DNA from: an uncultured Anaerolineaceae bacterium
GTDB lineage: Bacteria > Chloroflexota > Dehalococcoidia > Tepidiformales > Tepidiformaceae
Direction of reading: 5' to 3'
Assembly (NCBI GenBank): GCA_964474285.1
Contig: CAYYSD010000003.1
Location: 478-64,477, forward strand
Length of the DNA: 64,000 nucleotides
In this document: positions 36,330 to 44,803 of the stretch, one piece after another
How positions within the stretch are numbered: the first letter of the stretch is position 1
Layout of the letters: every line of letters starts with the position of its first letter
Translations under genes and position numbers: made by a program
Notes under the pieces: model-generated
Seen by the model: the letters and a program-made list of their open reading frames with translations, nothing else
Told to the model about the DNA's origin: nothing
Database searches by the model: none

Positions 36330-37973
36330 TCAGGCCTTCTTCCACATGCGCGACCAGATCTGGGTAGCGCCCGGGGCGCCGGTGTACTGGTCCTGGCCGC
36401 GGACCTTCGCGGCGTAGAGATCGACGCGAGAGTTTGGCGCGATGGCCGTGATCCACGGGTCTTCCAGCCAGAGCTTGTTGAAGCGGACGTACTGCTCCTT
36501 GGCCGCCGCGCTATTCGGGTCCAGCGTTTCCAGCTTCTTCTGGATGTCGAGATAATCGGGCGAGGCGTACCAGCTCGGATTCTGCGCCTGGTAGGGGATC
36601 GTCTGCTGGAAGTTGGTGAGCGGTGTCAGGTCCGAGAAGCTGTGCGTCGTGATCCAGAGATCCTTCATCTCCCGTGCGCGAAGCTTGTTGATGAACGCGG
36701 TCGGGTCGAGCGGAGCGAGGTCGACCTTGAACCCGGAGGCTTCCATGTTCTCCTTGATGACGGCGGCGATGTTCCCGGCAGCGCTCCGGTGTTCGACGAC
36801 GAGTTTCGCGCCGGTGTAGCCCGCCTGCTGCAACAGCGATTTTGCCTTCGCCGTGTCATAAAACGCGTCTTCGAGCTTGGGGTCGAAGGCCGGTGAGGAC
36901 TTGGGCCAGGGCTGGTTGGTCACGGTGCCAAAGCTCTCACCGATCTCCTCGACGAGGCGTTTGCGGTCCACGGACCACATGACCGCCTGTCGAACGCGCG
37001 GATCCTTGAGGATGGGGTTCGTCACGTTCATGCCCAGGTAGTTCAGGCCGGACTTCTGGGCGACGACGGTAAGGTCGCGGTACTTCTTCGCCGTCGCGGC
37101 CGGTGCGCCGTTGATGACGTCGAGATCGCCAGCCTCATACGCGAGGCCGAGGGCGTCGGGGTCAGCAAAGAGCCTCACGTCGATGCCGTCGAGGTAAGGC
37201 CCGCCTGCGGTCGCCGTCCCGTGCCAGTTCGGGTTGGCCACGAAGTTGAAGCCCTGCGCGGGCCGCCAACTCTTCCACATATAGGCGCCCGTGCCCTGGA
37301 CATCCTCGCCGCGCTGCAGCTTTTCGTACGACGCTGCCTGCGTGATCCGCATCTGCGCGAAGAAGTCGTCCATGTTCGGCCGTGGCTTGTCGAAGGTGAA
37401 TTCCATCACCCGCGCATCGACCCTCTTCATGTCGACAATGAACTTGCTGAAGGGCGCGAGCTGGATGGTCCCGGTGACGTTATATTTGGCGGGGTTCTGC
37501 ATCAGGCTTATGCCGAAAAACACGTCTTCGGGTGTGAGCGGCGCGCCATTGTGAAAGGTCACACCGTTCTTGATGGTCATCGTGAGCTTCGAACGGTCCG
37601 TGTTGTACTCGTAACGTTCGACGAGGACGGGTTCCGGCGTGAGCGTGTCCTTGTAGACCACGAGGGACTCGACCGGAATGTCCTGCAGGTAGCCGTTCTC
37701 GGCCAGGCCAACGTAGGGGTAGCCGCTCTTGAGGATAATGTCCGAGATCTTCCCGAGACGCAGTGTGCCACCTTTGGTGGGCTTCTCCGCCGTGCTGCCG
37801 GGAACCGTCGTGGCGCCGCCACCACCGTTCGAGCCGCCGGTGCCGCCGTCATCCCCGTCGTCGTCATCGCCGCAGCCAACGAGGGCGAGACCGGCAGCGC
37901 CGGCTGCCAGTACAGCCCCGCCGCCCAACAGACGCCTTCGTGAAATTCGATCGAGTTCAGATTCCGATGCCAT
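36330..37973 (-). CDS. ABC transporter substrate-binding lipoprotein, family 5
   Basis: Start ATG 37973 follows GGGAGGGG. Twin-arginine SRRRLLGG, lipobox LVGCG and a poly-Asp/Gly linker. The track ORF to 38147 is an upstream extension. Confidence 0.85.
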   Translation of the reverse strand: MASESELDRISRRRLLGGGAVLAAGAAGLALVGCGDDDDGDDGGTGGSNGGGGATTVPGSTAEKPTKGGTLRLGKISDIILKSGYPYVGLAENGYLQDIPVESLVVYKDTLTPEPVLVERYEYNTDRSKLTMTIKNGVTFHNGAPLTPEDVFFGISLMQNPAKYNVTGTIQLAPFSKFIVDMKRVDARVMEFTFDKPRPNMDDFFAQMRITQAASYEKLQRGEDVQGTGAYMWKSWRPAQGFNFVANPNWHGTATAGGPYLDGIDVRLFADPDALGLAYEAGDLDVINGAPAATAKKYRDLTVVAQKSGLNYLGMNVTNPILKDPRVRQAVMWSVDRKRLVEEIGESFGTVTNQPWPKSSPAFDPKLEDAFYDTAKAKSLLQQAGYTGAKLVVEHRSAAGNIAAVIKENMEASGFKVDLAPLDPTAFINKLRAREMKDLWITTHSFSDLTPLTNFQQTIPYQAQNPSWYASPDYLDIQKKLETLDPNSAAAKEQYVRFNKLWLEDPWITAIAPNSRVDLYAAKVRGQDQYTGAPGATQIWSRMWKKA

Positions 37974-38010
37974 AGCGTTCCCCTCCCAGTGACCGTTTGA
38001 TCCGTAAGGT

Positions 38011-38038
38011 ACTATAACGAACGTTCTAGGTTTCGCAA
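38011..38038 (-). promoter_or_regulatory. candidate promoter with an imperfect 18-bp palindrome (probable TetR-type operator)
   Basis: Read on the minus strand: TTGCGA (38038-38033), 16 nt, then TATAGT (38016-38011). The spacer holds CTAGAACGTTCGTTATAG (38029-38012), which matches its own reverse complement at 14 of 18 positions and has a GAACGTTC core. It lies about 35 nt upstream of ATG 37973. Confidence 0.4.
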
Positions 38039-38167
38039 CGTCGCGGCGCCGCCGCCGGGTCCTGTATGCGCGTATTCCGACAGGGTTTCGAGCCCGAGCG
38101 ACCGGTTTGCATGGTCCGATCGCCAAATCTGCCTGCCCAGGAATCACAAGTCGCAGTTGGAGTGCTT

Positions 38168-39301
38168 CTACGGTTGGGCGAGCGCCAGGACGGTACGCGA
38201 ATACGCGGAAGCGAAACGCGCGATGGATTCGGTGTCCACCGCCGTCGGCCAGCGGTCGGCCTCCAGGTGGAACAGGGCGCTCCCGCCCGCCTGCGACGTG
38301 TAGCGCCCGCCCGCGATGTGGACATCTCGCGCTTCGCCAGGCGGGCGTGTGCCGCGGGGTGTGATGTTCACGCCTGTAATGCCTTCTTCGGCGAACTCTC
38401 GCTCCACAAGCGCTTGCCCCGTGTCGTCCGAAAAGAAGAGGTTCGCCCTCGGCTCAATCGCGGCGCCGACTGAGGCGCCGAAATGAACCCAGATGTGGGC
38501 GCCTTTGCCGAGCGACGGCCGTGCCGCCATGAACTGGGCGAGGCCCCAGTAGTCGAGTTCGTGACCCGTGGTGGCCGTGAAGATCACCGTTCGCGCGGGC
38601 CGCGCAGCGGAAACGGCGCGCGCCACCTCGAGCAGACAGCAGAGGCCGCCGCCACGTTCGCTCGCACAGTGGAACCAGCCGCTCCGTGGCGTCATCACGA
38701 CGACAGGCGCCAGCGAGGGGTCCGTGCCCGGGATTTCGCCCCACACGTTTGCGGCGGTCACGCCGGTCCGCACGACATGCGCCACCACGCGCACCGGTGA
38801 GCCAGCGATGCCGGCGAGCGCGGGGAAGTCTGCCCTCGGGATCTGCAGTACAGGCGGTCCAAACGGCCGCGCGAAAGCCCAGGCGTTTCGCGGCGCCAGT
38901 CCCGGGACACCGCCGTTCGTGCCGAGCACAATGGCGGCATATTTGCCATCGGCGCGAGCGGCCTCGAGTTCGTGCGCCTCGCCGCCGGGCGTCGCATTGA
39001 GGAGCAGGACGCCACCCTCGACTCCAGCCTTCCCCTCCAGGCCCTCAGGCCCGGTGTAGGTGCAATCGAACAGAGGCAGGCCTTCGAAACGCCTTCCCGC
39101 CGCATCGAGGTAGGCCGCGCGCACGTCGATTCGTGAGAGCGGGTAGCGCTCGAGCGCCGGTTCAACGCCTGCTGCCCGGAACTCGCCTGCCAGCCACTCC
39201 GCTGAGAGGTCGTCGACGACCGTCCCGGTTCGATGCCAACCCTGCGCGTCATACTCGGAAATGATCCGGCCGATCCGGGAGATCATGTCGGTGTTGTTCA
39301 T
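38168..39301 (-). CDS. M28-peptidase-like protein with non-canonical metal-ligand positions
   Basis: 377-aa ORF. SERGGGLCCLLEVARAV resembles the M28 motif GADDNASG..ALLE.AR, and TATTGHELDYWGLAQF resembles the EE.G..GS motif. The canonical His/Asp/Glu ligands appear substituted. This is a by-eye call. Confidence 0.45.
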   Translation of the reverse strand: MNNTDMISRIGRIISEYDAQGWHRTGTVVDDLSAEWLAGEFRAAGVEPALERYPLSRIDVRAAYLDAAGRRFEGLPLFDCTYTGPEGLEGKAGVEGGVLLLNATPGGEAHELEAARADGKYAAIVLGTNGGVPGLAPRNAWAFARPFGPPVLQIPRADFPALAGIAGSPVRVVAHVVRTGVTAANVWGEIPGTDPSLAPVVVMTPRSGWFHCASERGGGLCCLLEVARAVSAARPARTVIFTATTGHELDYWGLAQFMAARPSLGKGAHIWVHFGASVGAAIEPRANLFFSDDTGQALVEREFAEEGITGVNITPRGTRPPGEARDVHIAGGRYTSQAGGSALFHLEADRWPTAVDTESIARFASAYSRTVLALAQP

Positions 39302-39332
39302 TGCTTTTCCTCGAACCCACTACGGGGCTGTG

Positions 39333-40421
39333 CTACCCGGGCATGCCCCGGAGTGCCGCCTGCGCCTCAGCGACGAGCCGGTTCATTGTCTCTGCGACGG
39401 TTGTTTCGCGGTTGAGCGTGCCCACGCCTTGCCCGGCAGGGGAGTGCATGAGCGGCTCAACCTTCTGTCGATCGATCGCGCCCAAAAGGTCGCCGATCAG
39501 GATGTCCTGGTAGGGCATCTTCAAGGGAGCCGGCGCGCCAGGTGCGCTCCACTCTTCGCTCCACGCGGAGCGCACCTGGCGGAGCGTCTTCCCGCTGTCG
39601 GCACGCGAGATGACGGTGTCCTCTGGTCCGGCGGCGAGCAGCTTCCGCAGGATGATCGGGTCGGTGTGGTTCTCCTTCGTGACGAGCCACGCCGTGCCGA
39701 TCCATACGCCGGCGGCGCCAAGTGCGAGCGATGCGGCGATGTGCCGCCCCGAGACGACCCCGCCCGCCGCGACGACAGGCGTGTCACCAGCCGCGTCGAC
39801 AACTTGAGGTACGAGCGAGAACGTTCCGATCTGCCCTGTGTGAGCGCCCGCGTCGTACCCCTGGGCGACGATGAAGTCCACGCCGGCATCCTTCACGCGG
39901 CGCGCCTGCTTCGGCGTCCCGACCAGGGACACGACCTTCTTCCCCAGCGCCTGTGCCTCGCGCACGGCGTCGACAGGGCTGCCGATCCCACACGCGAAGA
40001 TGTCCACCGTCGAGTCCAGGACCGCCTCGATCTGACGCGCGGCCACCTCCTGCGACCGCACGAATCGCGAGCGCATGCCGGAACCGCCGTCCCGGAGCAC
40101 GCCGTACTTTCCGTAGAGCCCTTCCACGAAGTCCCGGTGACCGGGAGGCAACGCCTCCTCTATTTCCTCACGGTTGTTCCGTTCGGGCATCCCGGGCGGA
40201 AGCACCAGGTCCACGCCAAACGGCCGGTTGCCGATGCGGCGCCGGATTTCGGCCAGGTGCTGTCGAATCTCTTCAGGCGTCTCCCGCGTCGCGCCAAGGA
40301 TGCCGACGCCGCCTGCCTGGCAAACGGCGACGCAGACATCCACACTGTGAGTGAACCCGAAGATGGGATGGTCGACGCCGAACATCCTGGTGATCGACGT
40401 GGAAACGAAGGTTGCGGGCAT
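39333..40421 (-). CDS. nitronate monooxygenase / FabK-like FMN oxidoreductase family protein
   Basis: Start Met 40421, 20 nt after the upstream stop. HPIFGFTHSVDVCVAVCQAGGVGILG, FIVAQGYDAGAHTG, VVAAGGVVSGRHIAASLALGAAGVWIGTAWL. Confidence 0.8.
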   Translation of the reverse strand: MPATFVSTSITRMFGVDHPIFGFTHSVDVCVAVCQAGGVGILGATRETPEEIRQHLAEIRRRIGNRPFGVDLVLPPGMPERNNREEIEEALPPGHRDFVEGLYGKYGVLRDGGSGMRSRFVRSQEVAARQIEAVLDSTVDIFACGIGSPVDAVREAQALGKKVVSLVGTPKQARRVKDAGVDFIVAQGYDAGAHTGQIGTFSLVPQVVDAAGDTPVVAAGGVVSGRHIAASLALGAAGVWIGTAWLVTKENHTDPIILRKLLAAGPEDTVISRADSGKTLRQVRSAWSEEWSAPGAPAPLKMPYQDILIGDLLGAIDRQKVEPLMHSPAGQGVGTLNRETTVAETMNRLVAEAQAALRGMPG

Positions 40422-40441
40422 CGAGCTGCTCCAGAAGTTGT

Positions 40442-41479
40442 TCAGACGGCCTGGCGGCTGTGCGATGGTTCGCCGAGCGCCTTGATGGACTGCTGCCACG
40501 TCGTCATGATCCCGTCTTCGCGTTCGTAATCGAACGAGCCGGCGAAGTTCGACGCGATGTCGCCTGGCCGGGCGTCGGCGAGCCAGCGGGCGGTCAAGCG
40601 GGTGGCAGTTTCGGCGTCGACAACATCCCGGTAGCCGAGCAGTGTTCGGGCCTTCGACATGTCCAGCACGAGGCTCGATTTCTGAGCGAGCGGATAGAAG
40701 CCGCGGCAGTAGGGCGCCGGCACTCCAACGAACTCCATCGAAGCGCCGAGCTCTTCGACGATGACCTCCGCCACGCGACGGCAGCTCAGCACCTGTTCGT
40801 CGCCTGAATTGAACGCCTGTCCCGCCGCTTCCGGCCGGGTGGCCGCGAGGAAGACGAGCCGGGCGAGGTTCTCAACGTACCCGCGCTGGAAGAGCGTGAG
40901 CCCGTCGTGGGGGAGGATCATACGCGTCCGGCCATCAAGCACACGCTTCACGACGGCCCACTCGTGCGCGAGGGGGCCGCGCGGTCCATAGACCCCGGGA
41001 TACCGGACCACCACCGCTTCGAAGTCACCGTTGCCGTGCTGTGCGAAAAGCTGGTCTTCGCCTTCCGCCACTTTCCCGGTGTAGTCGCTCGCATCCCGCT
41101 GTCGCGGAGCGAACTCGGGCACCGGCAGTGGAATCACGCCGGCCGGCGTCGGGCGCAGGGTTCCCAGGTATACCGGCTGGCCTGTAATGCCCACCAGGCG
41201 CTTCGTCTTGCCCGCAAGATCGAGTGCGAGGGCGCGGAGCCGGCCAGATGTGCAGACGGCGATGTCCCACTCACGTCCAGCGAACTTCGCGGCGATATCG
41301 GCGGGGTCGCGAGCGTCGCCATGCAGGTGCTCCACCGGTCTGCTGAAGTCCGGCTCATGGGCGCCAGAATGGTAGACGGCCACGTTAGCGCCCGCCGCGA
41401 GGAAGAGTTCCACCAGCGGGACACCGCTTGGACCTGTGCCTCCAACAACCAGGACGTTCGCTCCAGAGAGTGCGGCCAT
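40442..41479 (-). CDS. NAD-dependent epimerase/dehydratase (extended SDR) family protein
   Basis: 345-aa ORF with the N-terminal Rossmann motif NVLVVGGTGPSGVPLVELFLAAGANVAVYHSG. Confidence 0.75.
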   Translation of the reverse strand: MAALSGANVLVVGGTGPSGVPLVELFLAAGANVAVYHSGAHEPDFSRPVEHLHGDARDPADIAAKFAGREWDIAVCTSGRLRALALDLAGKTKRLVGITGQPVYLGTLRPTPAGVIPLPVPEFAPRQRDASDYTGKVAEGEDQLFAQHGNGDFEAVVVRYPGVYGPRGPLAHEWAVVKRVLDGRTRMILPHDGLTLFQRGYVENLARLVFLAATRPEAAGQAFNSGDEQVLSCRRVAEVIVEELGASMEFVGVPAPYCRGFYPLAQKSSLVLDMSKARTLLGYRDVVDAETATRLTARWLADARPGDIASNFAGSFDYEREDGIMTTWQQSIKALGEPSHSRQAV

Positions 41480-41577
41480 CTTCCCAACCTCCCGGTTCCC
41501 GCCCGCCTTCGGATGGCGCCAGTCTATAACGGAAGGAGGAGTCTCGGAGCGGTCCCGAATCGAAAATCGTTGGACAG

Positions 41578-42372
41578 CTACCGGCCTTTGAAGACTGGCG
41601 GACGCTTTTCTGCGAAGGCGCGGGGGCCTTCCCTGGCGTCTTCAGATTGGCGGAGCACCGACTGAATGGCGGACTCCAACCGCAGCCCGTCCTGGATGTG
41701 CATGTACTGGCTGCGGACGGCGAGTTCCTTGATTGCGCGCACGGCCAGGGGCGGATTGGCCGCGAGCCTGTCCGCGTACTCCAGCGCGCGGTCCATCACC
41801 TTGTCGTGCGGCACGACCGTATTGATGAGGCCGTAGCGGTGCGCTTGCTCAGCCGTTAGCGTATCGCCGCACAGCAGCAGCTCCATCGCGATCGGGTAGG
41901 GCAGCTGCCGGAGGGCTCGCTGGGTTCCACCGTTGCCGGGCAGAATGCCTCGCTTCACTTCCGAGATGCCAAACACCGCGTGCTCGGACGCCACCCGGAT
42001 GTCCGTCGCGAACATGAGCGTCATGCCCCCGGCCATGCAGACGCCGTTAACTGCGGCGATAACTGGCTTCCAGACTTCTAGCCCGCGGTTCAGGATTTGC
42101 TCTGCCTGGGTCTGCCAGAACTCCCACAGTTCGGGCGCCCTCGGGATGGTCTTCTTGAGGTCGGCGCCTGCGGTGAACGCTTGCTTTTCGGGGGGACGCG
42201 CCGGGTTGGGCGCCCCTGTGATGATGGCGGTCCAGATCTCCGGGTTGTCTCGGACCTCAATCCACGCCTGGGAGAGTCCCTGGTACGTCTCCGGGTCCAT
42301 GGCGTTCATGGCCTCGGGCCGGTTGATGGTCAGGACGGCAGTGCGTCCCTGGACTTCGAAGTCAAGTGGCAA
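41578..42372 (-). CDS. crotonase-fold (enoyl-CoA hydratase/isomerase family) protein
   Basis: 264-aa ORF. AVLTINRPEAMNAMD, AFTAGADLK, NGVCMAGGMTLMFATDIRVASEHAVFGISEVKRGILPG. Confidence 0.9.
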   Translation of the reverse strand: MPLDFEVQGRTAVLTINRPEAMNAMDPETYQGLSQAWIEVRDNPEIWTAIITGAPNPARPPEKQAFTAGADLKKTIPRAPELWEFWQTQAEQILNRGLEVWKPVIAAVNGVCMAGGMTLMFATDIRVASEHAVFGISEVKRGILPGNGGTQRALRQLPYPIAMELLLCGDTLTAEQAHRYGLINTVVPHDKVMDRALEYADRLAANPPLAVRAIKELAVRSQYMHIQDGLRLESAIQSVLRQSEDAREGPRAFAEKRPPVFKGR

Positions 42373-42401
42373 CCGGGTACCTCCGTGATCGGCGTGGATG
42401 C

Positions 42402-42818
42402 TCAGTTCGTGCCGGGGACGAACACCGGCAACGTCAGTTCGTCATCAACGTCGAGATAGTCGAGGCGCACGTTCATGCCGACCTGGAGCCCGTTAGAGCT
42501 GTGCCGGAGCATGTTGGTGGTCAGGTGCGGGCCCTCTTCGAGCTTCACGACGGCGACGACATACGGTGCGAGGTCGCGAAAGGCCTCGTGGTAGATCTGG
42601 TGCACGACGTTCCAGGTGAACAGCGTGCCGTTTCCGGATACCTTCTCCCAACCGATGGAGGTGCCGAGACACTTCGGACAGTGCGCTCTTGGTGGATAAA
42701 ACATGTGCGAACAGTCCTGGCAGCGAGGAAGCTCCAGAGCATGAGCTTTTGCAGTCTCCCAGTATCGTGCGTTGGTTTCGTCGATGATGGGCCGGGGGCG
42801 CGCGGTGGCGGTCGTCAT
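42402..42818 (-). CDS. DUF35 Zn-ribbon / OB-fold protein (thiolase partner)
   Basis: Start ATG 42818 overlaps the thiolase-like gene stop (ATGA). Zn ribbon CQDCSHMFYPPRAHCPKC, then an OB-fold segment GNGTLFTWNVVH...VVAVVKLEEGP. Confidence 0.85.
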   Translation of the reverse strand: MTTATARPRPIIDETNARYWETAKAHALELPRCQDCSHMFYPPRAHCPKCLGTSIGWEKVSGNGTLFTWNVVHQIYHEAFRDLAPYVVAVVKLEEGPHLTTNMLRHSSNGLQVGMNVRLDYLDVDDELTLPVFVPGTN

Positions 42819-43960
42819 GATGCGGACGACCCGAGGATCATGGTGGCGTGCGTGGTCATGATGCCTCCCTGCCCGCTGATGAGGCCGATATCGGAACGCT
42901 GTGTCTGGCGCTCTCCACATTCCTTCCGAATCTGCCGGACGCCTTCCACGACGTGCTGCATGCCCGGCATGCCGGTTTCGCCAAGGAGCCCGCCCGAGGT
43001 GTTGATCGGGAACTCCCCGCCAAGCTCAATGCGGCCCCCATCGACGAATGCTCCGCCTTCGCCCTTCTTGCAGAAGCCGTAGTCTTCCAAGGTCACGATG
43101 GGGACGATGGAGAAGCAGTCGTAGAGCTCTGCGAACTGCATGTCGTTGGGCCCGAGCCCGGCCATCTCGAACGCCATCTGACCGGAACCGACGGCGCCGC
43201 TGGTCGTCGGCTCGTCGCGCCGGGCCACGTCCCACGAGGGGTGTGACTGACCGAGCCCGAGGATGTACGCGGGGGGCTTCTTCAGGTCCTTCGCCCGCTC
43301 GGCGGTTGTCACGATGATCGCCGCACCGCCGTCTGACACGGGGCAGCAGTCGAGCAACCGGAGTGGTTCGGCGACGAAGCGAGACGACTCGTGCTCCTCC
43401 AGGGTGATCGGCGTCTGAAAGTGTGCATTGGAGTTCATGCTTGCATTCTTCCGCGCATTGATGGCGACCGCCGCGAGTTGCGCGCTGGTCGTTCCGAAAA
43501 GCTGCATGTGGCGCTGTGCGATGAGCGCGTATCCCGACGGCGCCCCGAACAGGCCGTACGCCGCGTCTTCACCCCTGTGAGCGCTGTAGTGCGTGCGCTT
43601 CCCGGTCAACGGGTTGTCGCCGTAGCTGATCGCCACGGTGGAGCACATGCCGAGCTCGATGCACATGATCGCGTAGCCGATGAGGCCAATGTTGCTCGCG
43701 CCCGCCTGGTCGAGTGTCGCCGTCACCTTCGGGACCACGCCCAGCGCCTCGGCCACCTTCGTGCTCCAGAGCATCTGGAAGTCCGAGGACGGAGCCTTGG
43801 TGAGAACCGCGTCCAGGTCACTGGCCTTAAGCCCACAGTCGTCGAGTGCGCCCGCGACGGCCGTAATGTTGTGAGTGAGCGCCGATACGCCCGGGACGCG
43901 TCCGTAGCGGGTATTGCCCGCGCCGACAATCGCGTACTTGCCTCGAATGCTCTTGTTCAT
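42815..43960 (-). CDS. SCP-x/thiolase-like protein lacking the nucleophilic Cys
   Basis: Start Met 43960 (MNKSIRGKYAIVGAGNTRYGR). Thiolase-like fold: NTSGGLLGE..., AIVGAG. DQAGASNIG occupies the position where thiolases have the ..CASG.. nucleophile motif. Confidence 0.85.
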   Translation of the reverse strand: MNKSIRGKYAIVGAGNTRYGRVPGVSALTHNITAVAGALDDCGLKASDLDAVLTKAPSSDFQMLWSTKVAEALGVVPKVTATLDQAGASNIGLIGYAIMCIELGMCSTVAISYGDNPLTGKRTHYSAHRGEDAAYGLFGAPSGYALIAQRHMQLFGTTSAQLAAVAINARKNASMNSNAHFQTPITLEEHESSRFVAEPLRLLDCCPVSDGGAAIIVTTAERAKDLKKPPAYILGLGQSHPSWDVARRDEPTTSGAVGSGQMAFEMAGLGPNDMQFAELYDCFSIVPIVTLEDYGFCKKGEGGAFVDGGRIELGGEFPINTSGGLLGETGMPGMQHVVEGVRQIRKECGERQTQRSDIGLISGQGGIMTTHATMILGSSAS

Positions 43961-43998
43961 TGACTCATGTCCTTTCTGTTCACGTCTCAGGGTGCGAC

Positions 43999-44766
43999 CT
44001 ATCCGCCCCGTCGGCGCTCGGCTGTTTGCAGCACCTCGCTGATGCTGACGTGATCCGGATCGGACCCAGTCTCGCGAAGGCGTTGCTCCCACCCAAGAAG
44101 GTGGAGCTTCATCCGGTAGGCGATCTTCTCGGGATCCCGCTGCTGCAGTGCGCGCACGATGCCTCGATGGGCACGCAGCGAGTCCATGCCAAGCGTCTCG
44201 CTCCCTGGCTGGTCCCGCTTGCTGATGTCGATGCTATGAATGATGTCCTGGATGGAACGCATCATGAGCAAAAGCGTTTCGTTGTGGCCCGCAGCGGTGA
44301 GCGCGAGGTGAAATTGCGTGTTCAGACTCGAGTCGTACGAACGGTGCGCTTCCGGGCGCTCCAGCATGTCGACGATGCCCTCGATCTCGGCATCCGATGC
44401 CGCTTCGCACGCCAGCTGAGCCGCTGCCGGTTCGATGATCTGCCGCGCCGCCATCAAGTCGCGGAGCTTGGTGCCCTTACGTGCGAGCGTTCCGGCGAAC
44501 GTTCGGCTCAGGATGTCGTTGCCGGGAGTGGTCAGAAACACGCCGCCGTTTCGACCGGCTTTGGCGTGCACCAATCCGTCTTGTTCCAGCAGACGCAGGG
44601 CTTCGCGGAAGTGGTGCTTGCTCACCCCGAATTCATCCGCGAACGAACGGTCGGGCGGCAACCGATCCATGCCGGTAAACTGCCCGTGCAAAATCATTGC
44701 ACGCAGCTCTTCGGCGACGAGCTGCGAGACGCGTCGAACCTTGATTGGTTTGACAGAGTCAGGCAC
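43999..44766 (-). CDS. GntR-family (FadR/FCD-type) transcriptional regulator
   Basis: 255-aa ORF. The winged HTH is RVSQLVAEELRAMILHGQF..GDRLPPDRSFADEFGVSKHHFREALRLLEQDGLV, followed by a helical C-terminal domain. Confidence 0.85.
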   Translation of the reverse strand: MPDSVKPIKVRRVSQLVAEELRAMILHGQFTGMDRLPPDRSFADEFGVSKHHFREALRLLEQDGLVHAKAGRNGGVFLTTPGNDILSRTFAGTLARKGTKLRDLMAARQIIEPAAAQLACEAASDAEIEGIVDMLERPEAHRSYDSSLNTQFHLALTAAGHNETLLLMMRSIQDIIHSIDISKRDQPGSETLGMDSLRAHRGIVRALQQRDPEKIAYRMKLHLLGWEQRLRETGSDPDHVSISEVLQTAERRRGG

Positions 44767-44803
44767 TTCTCAATGTTCCTCTCTGAGGTTGAATCATTGG
44801 AGA

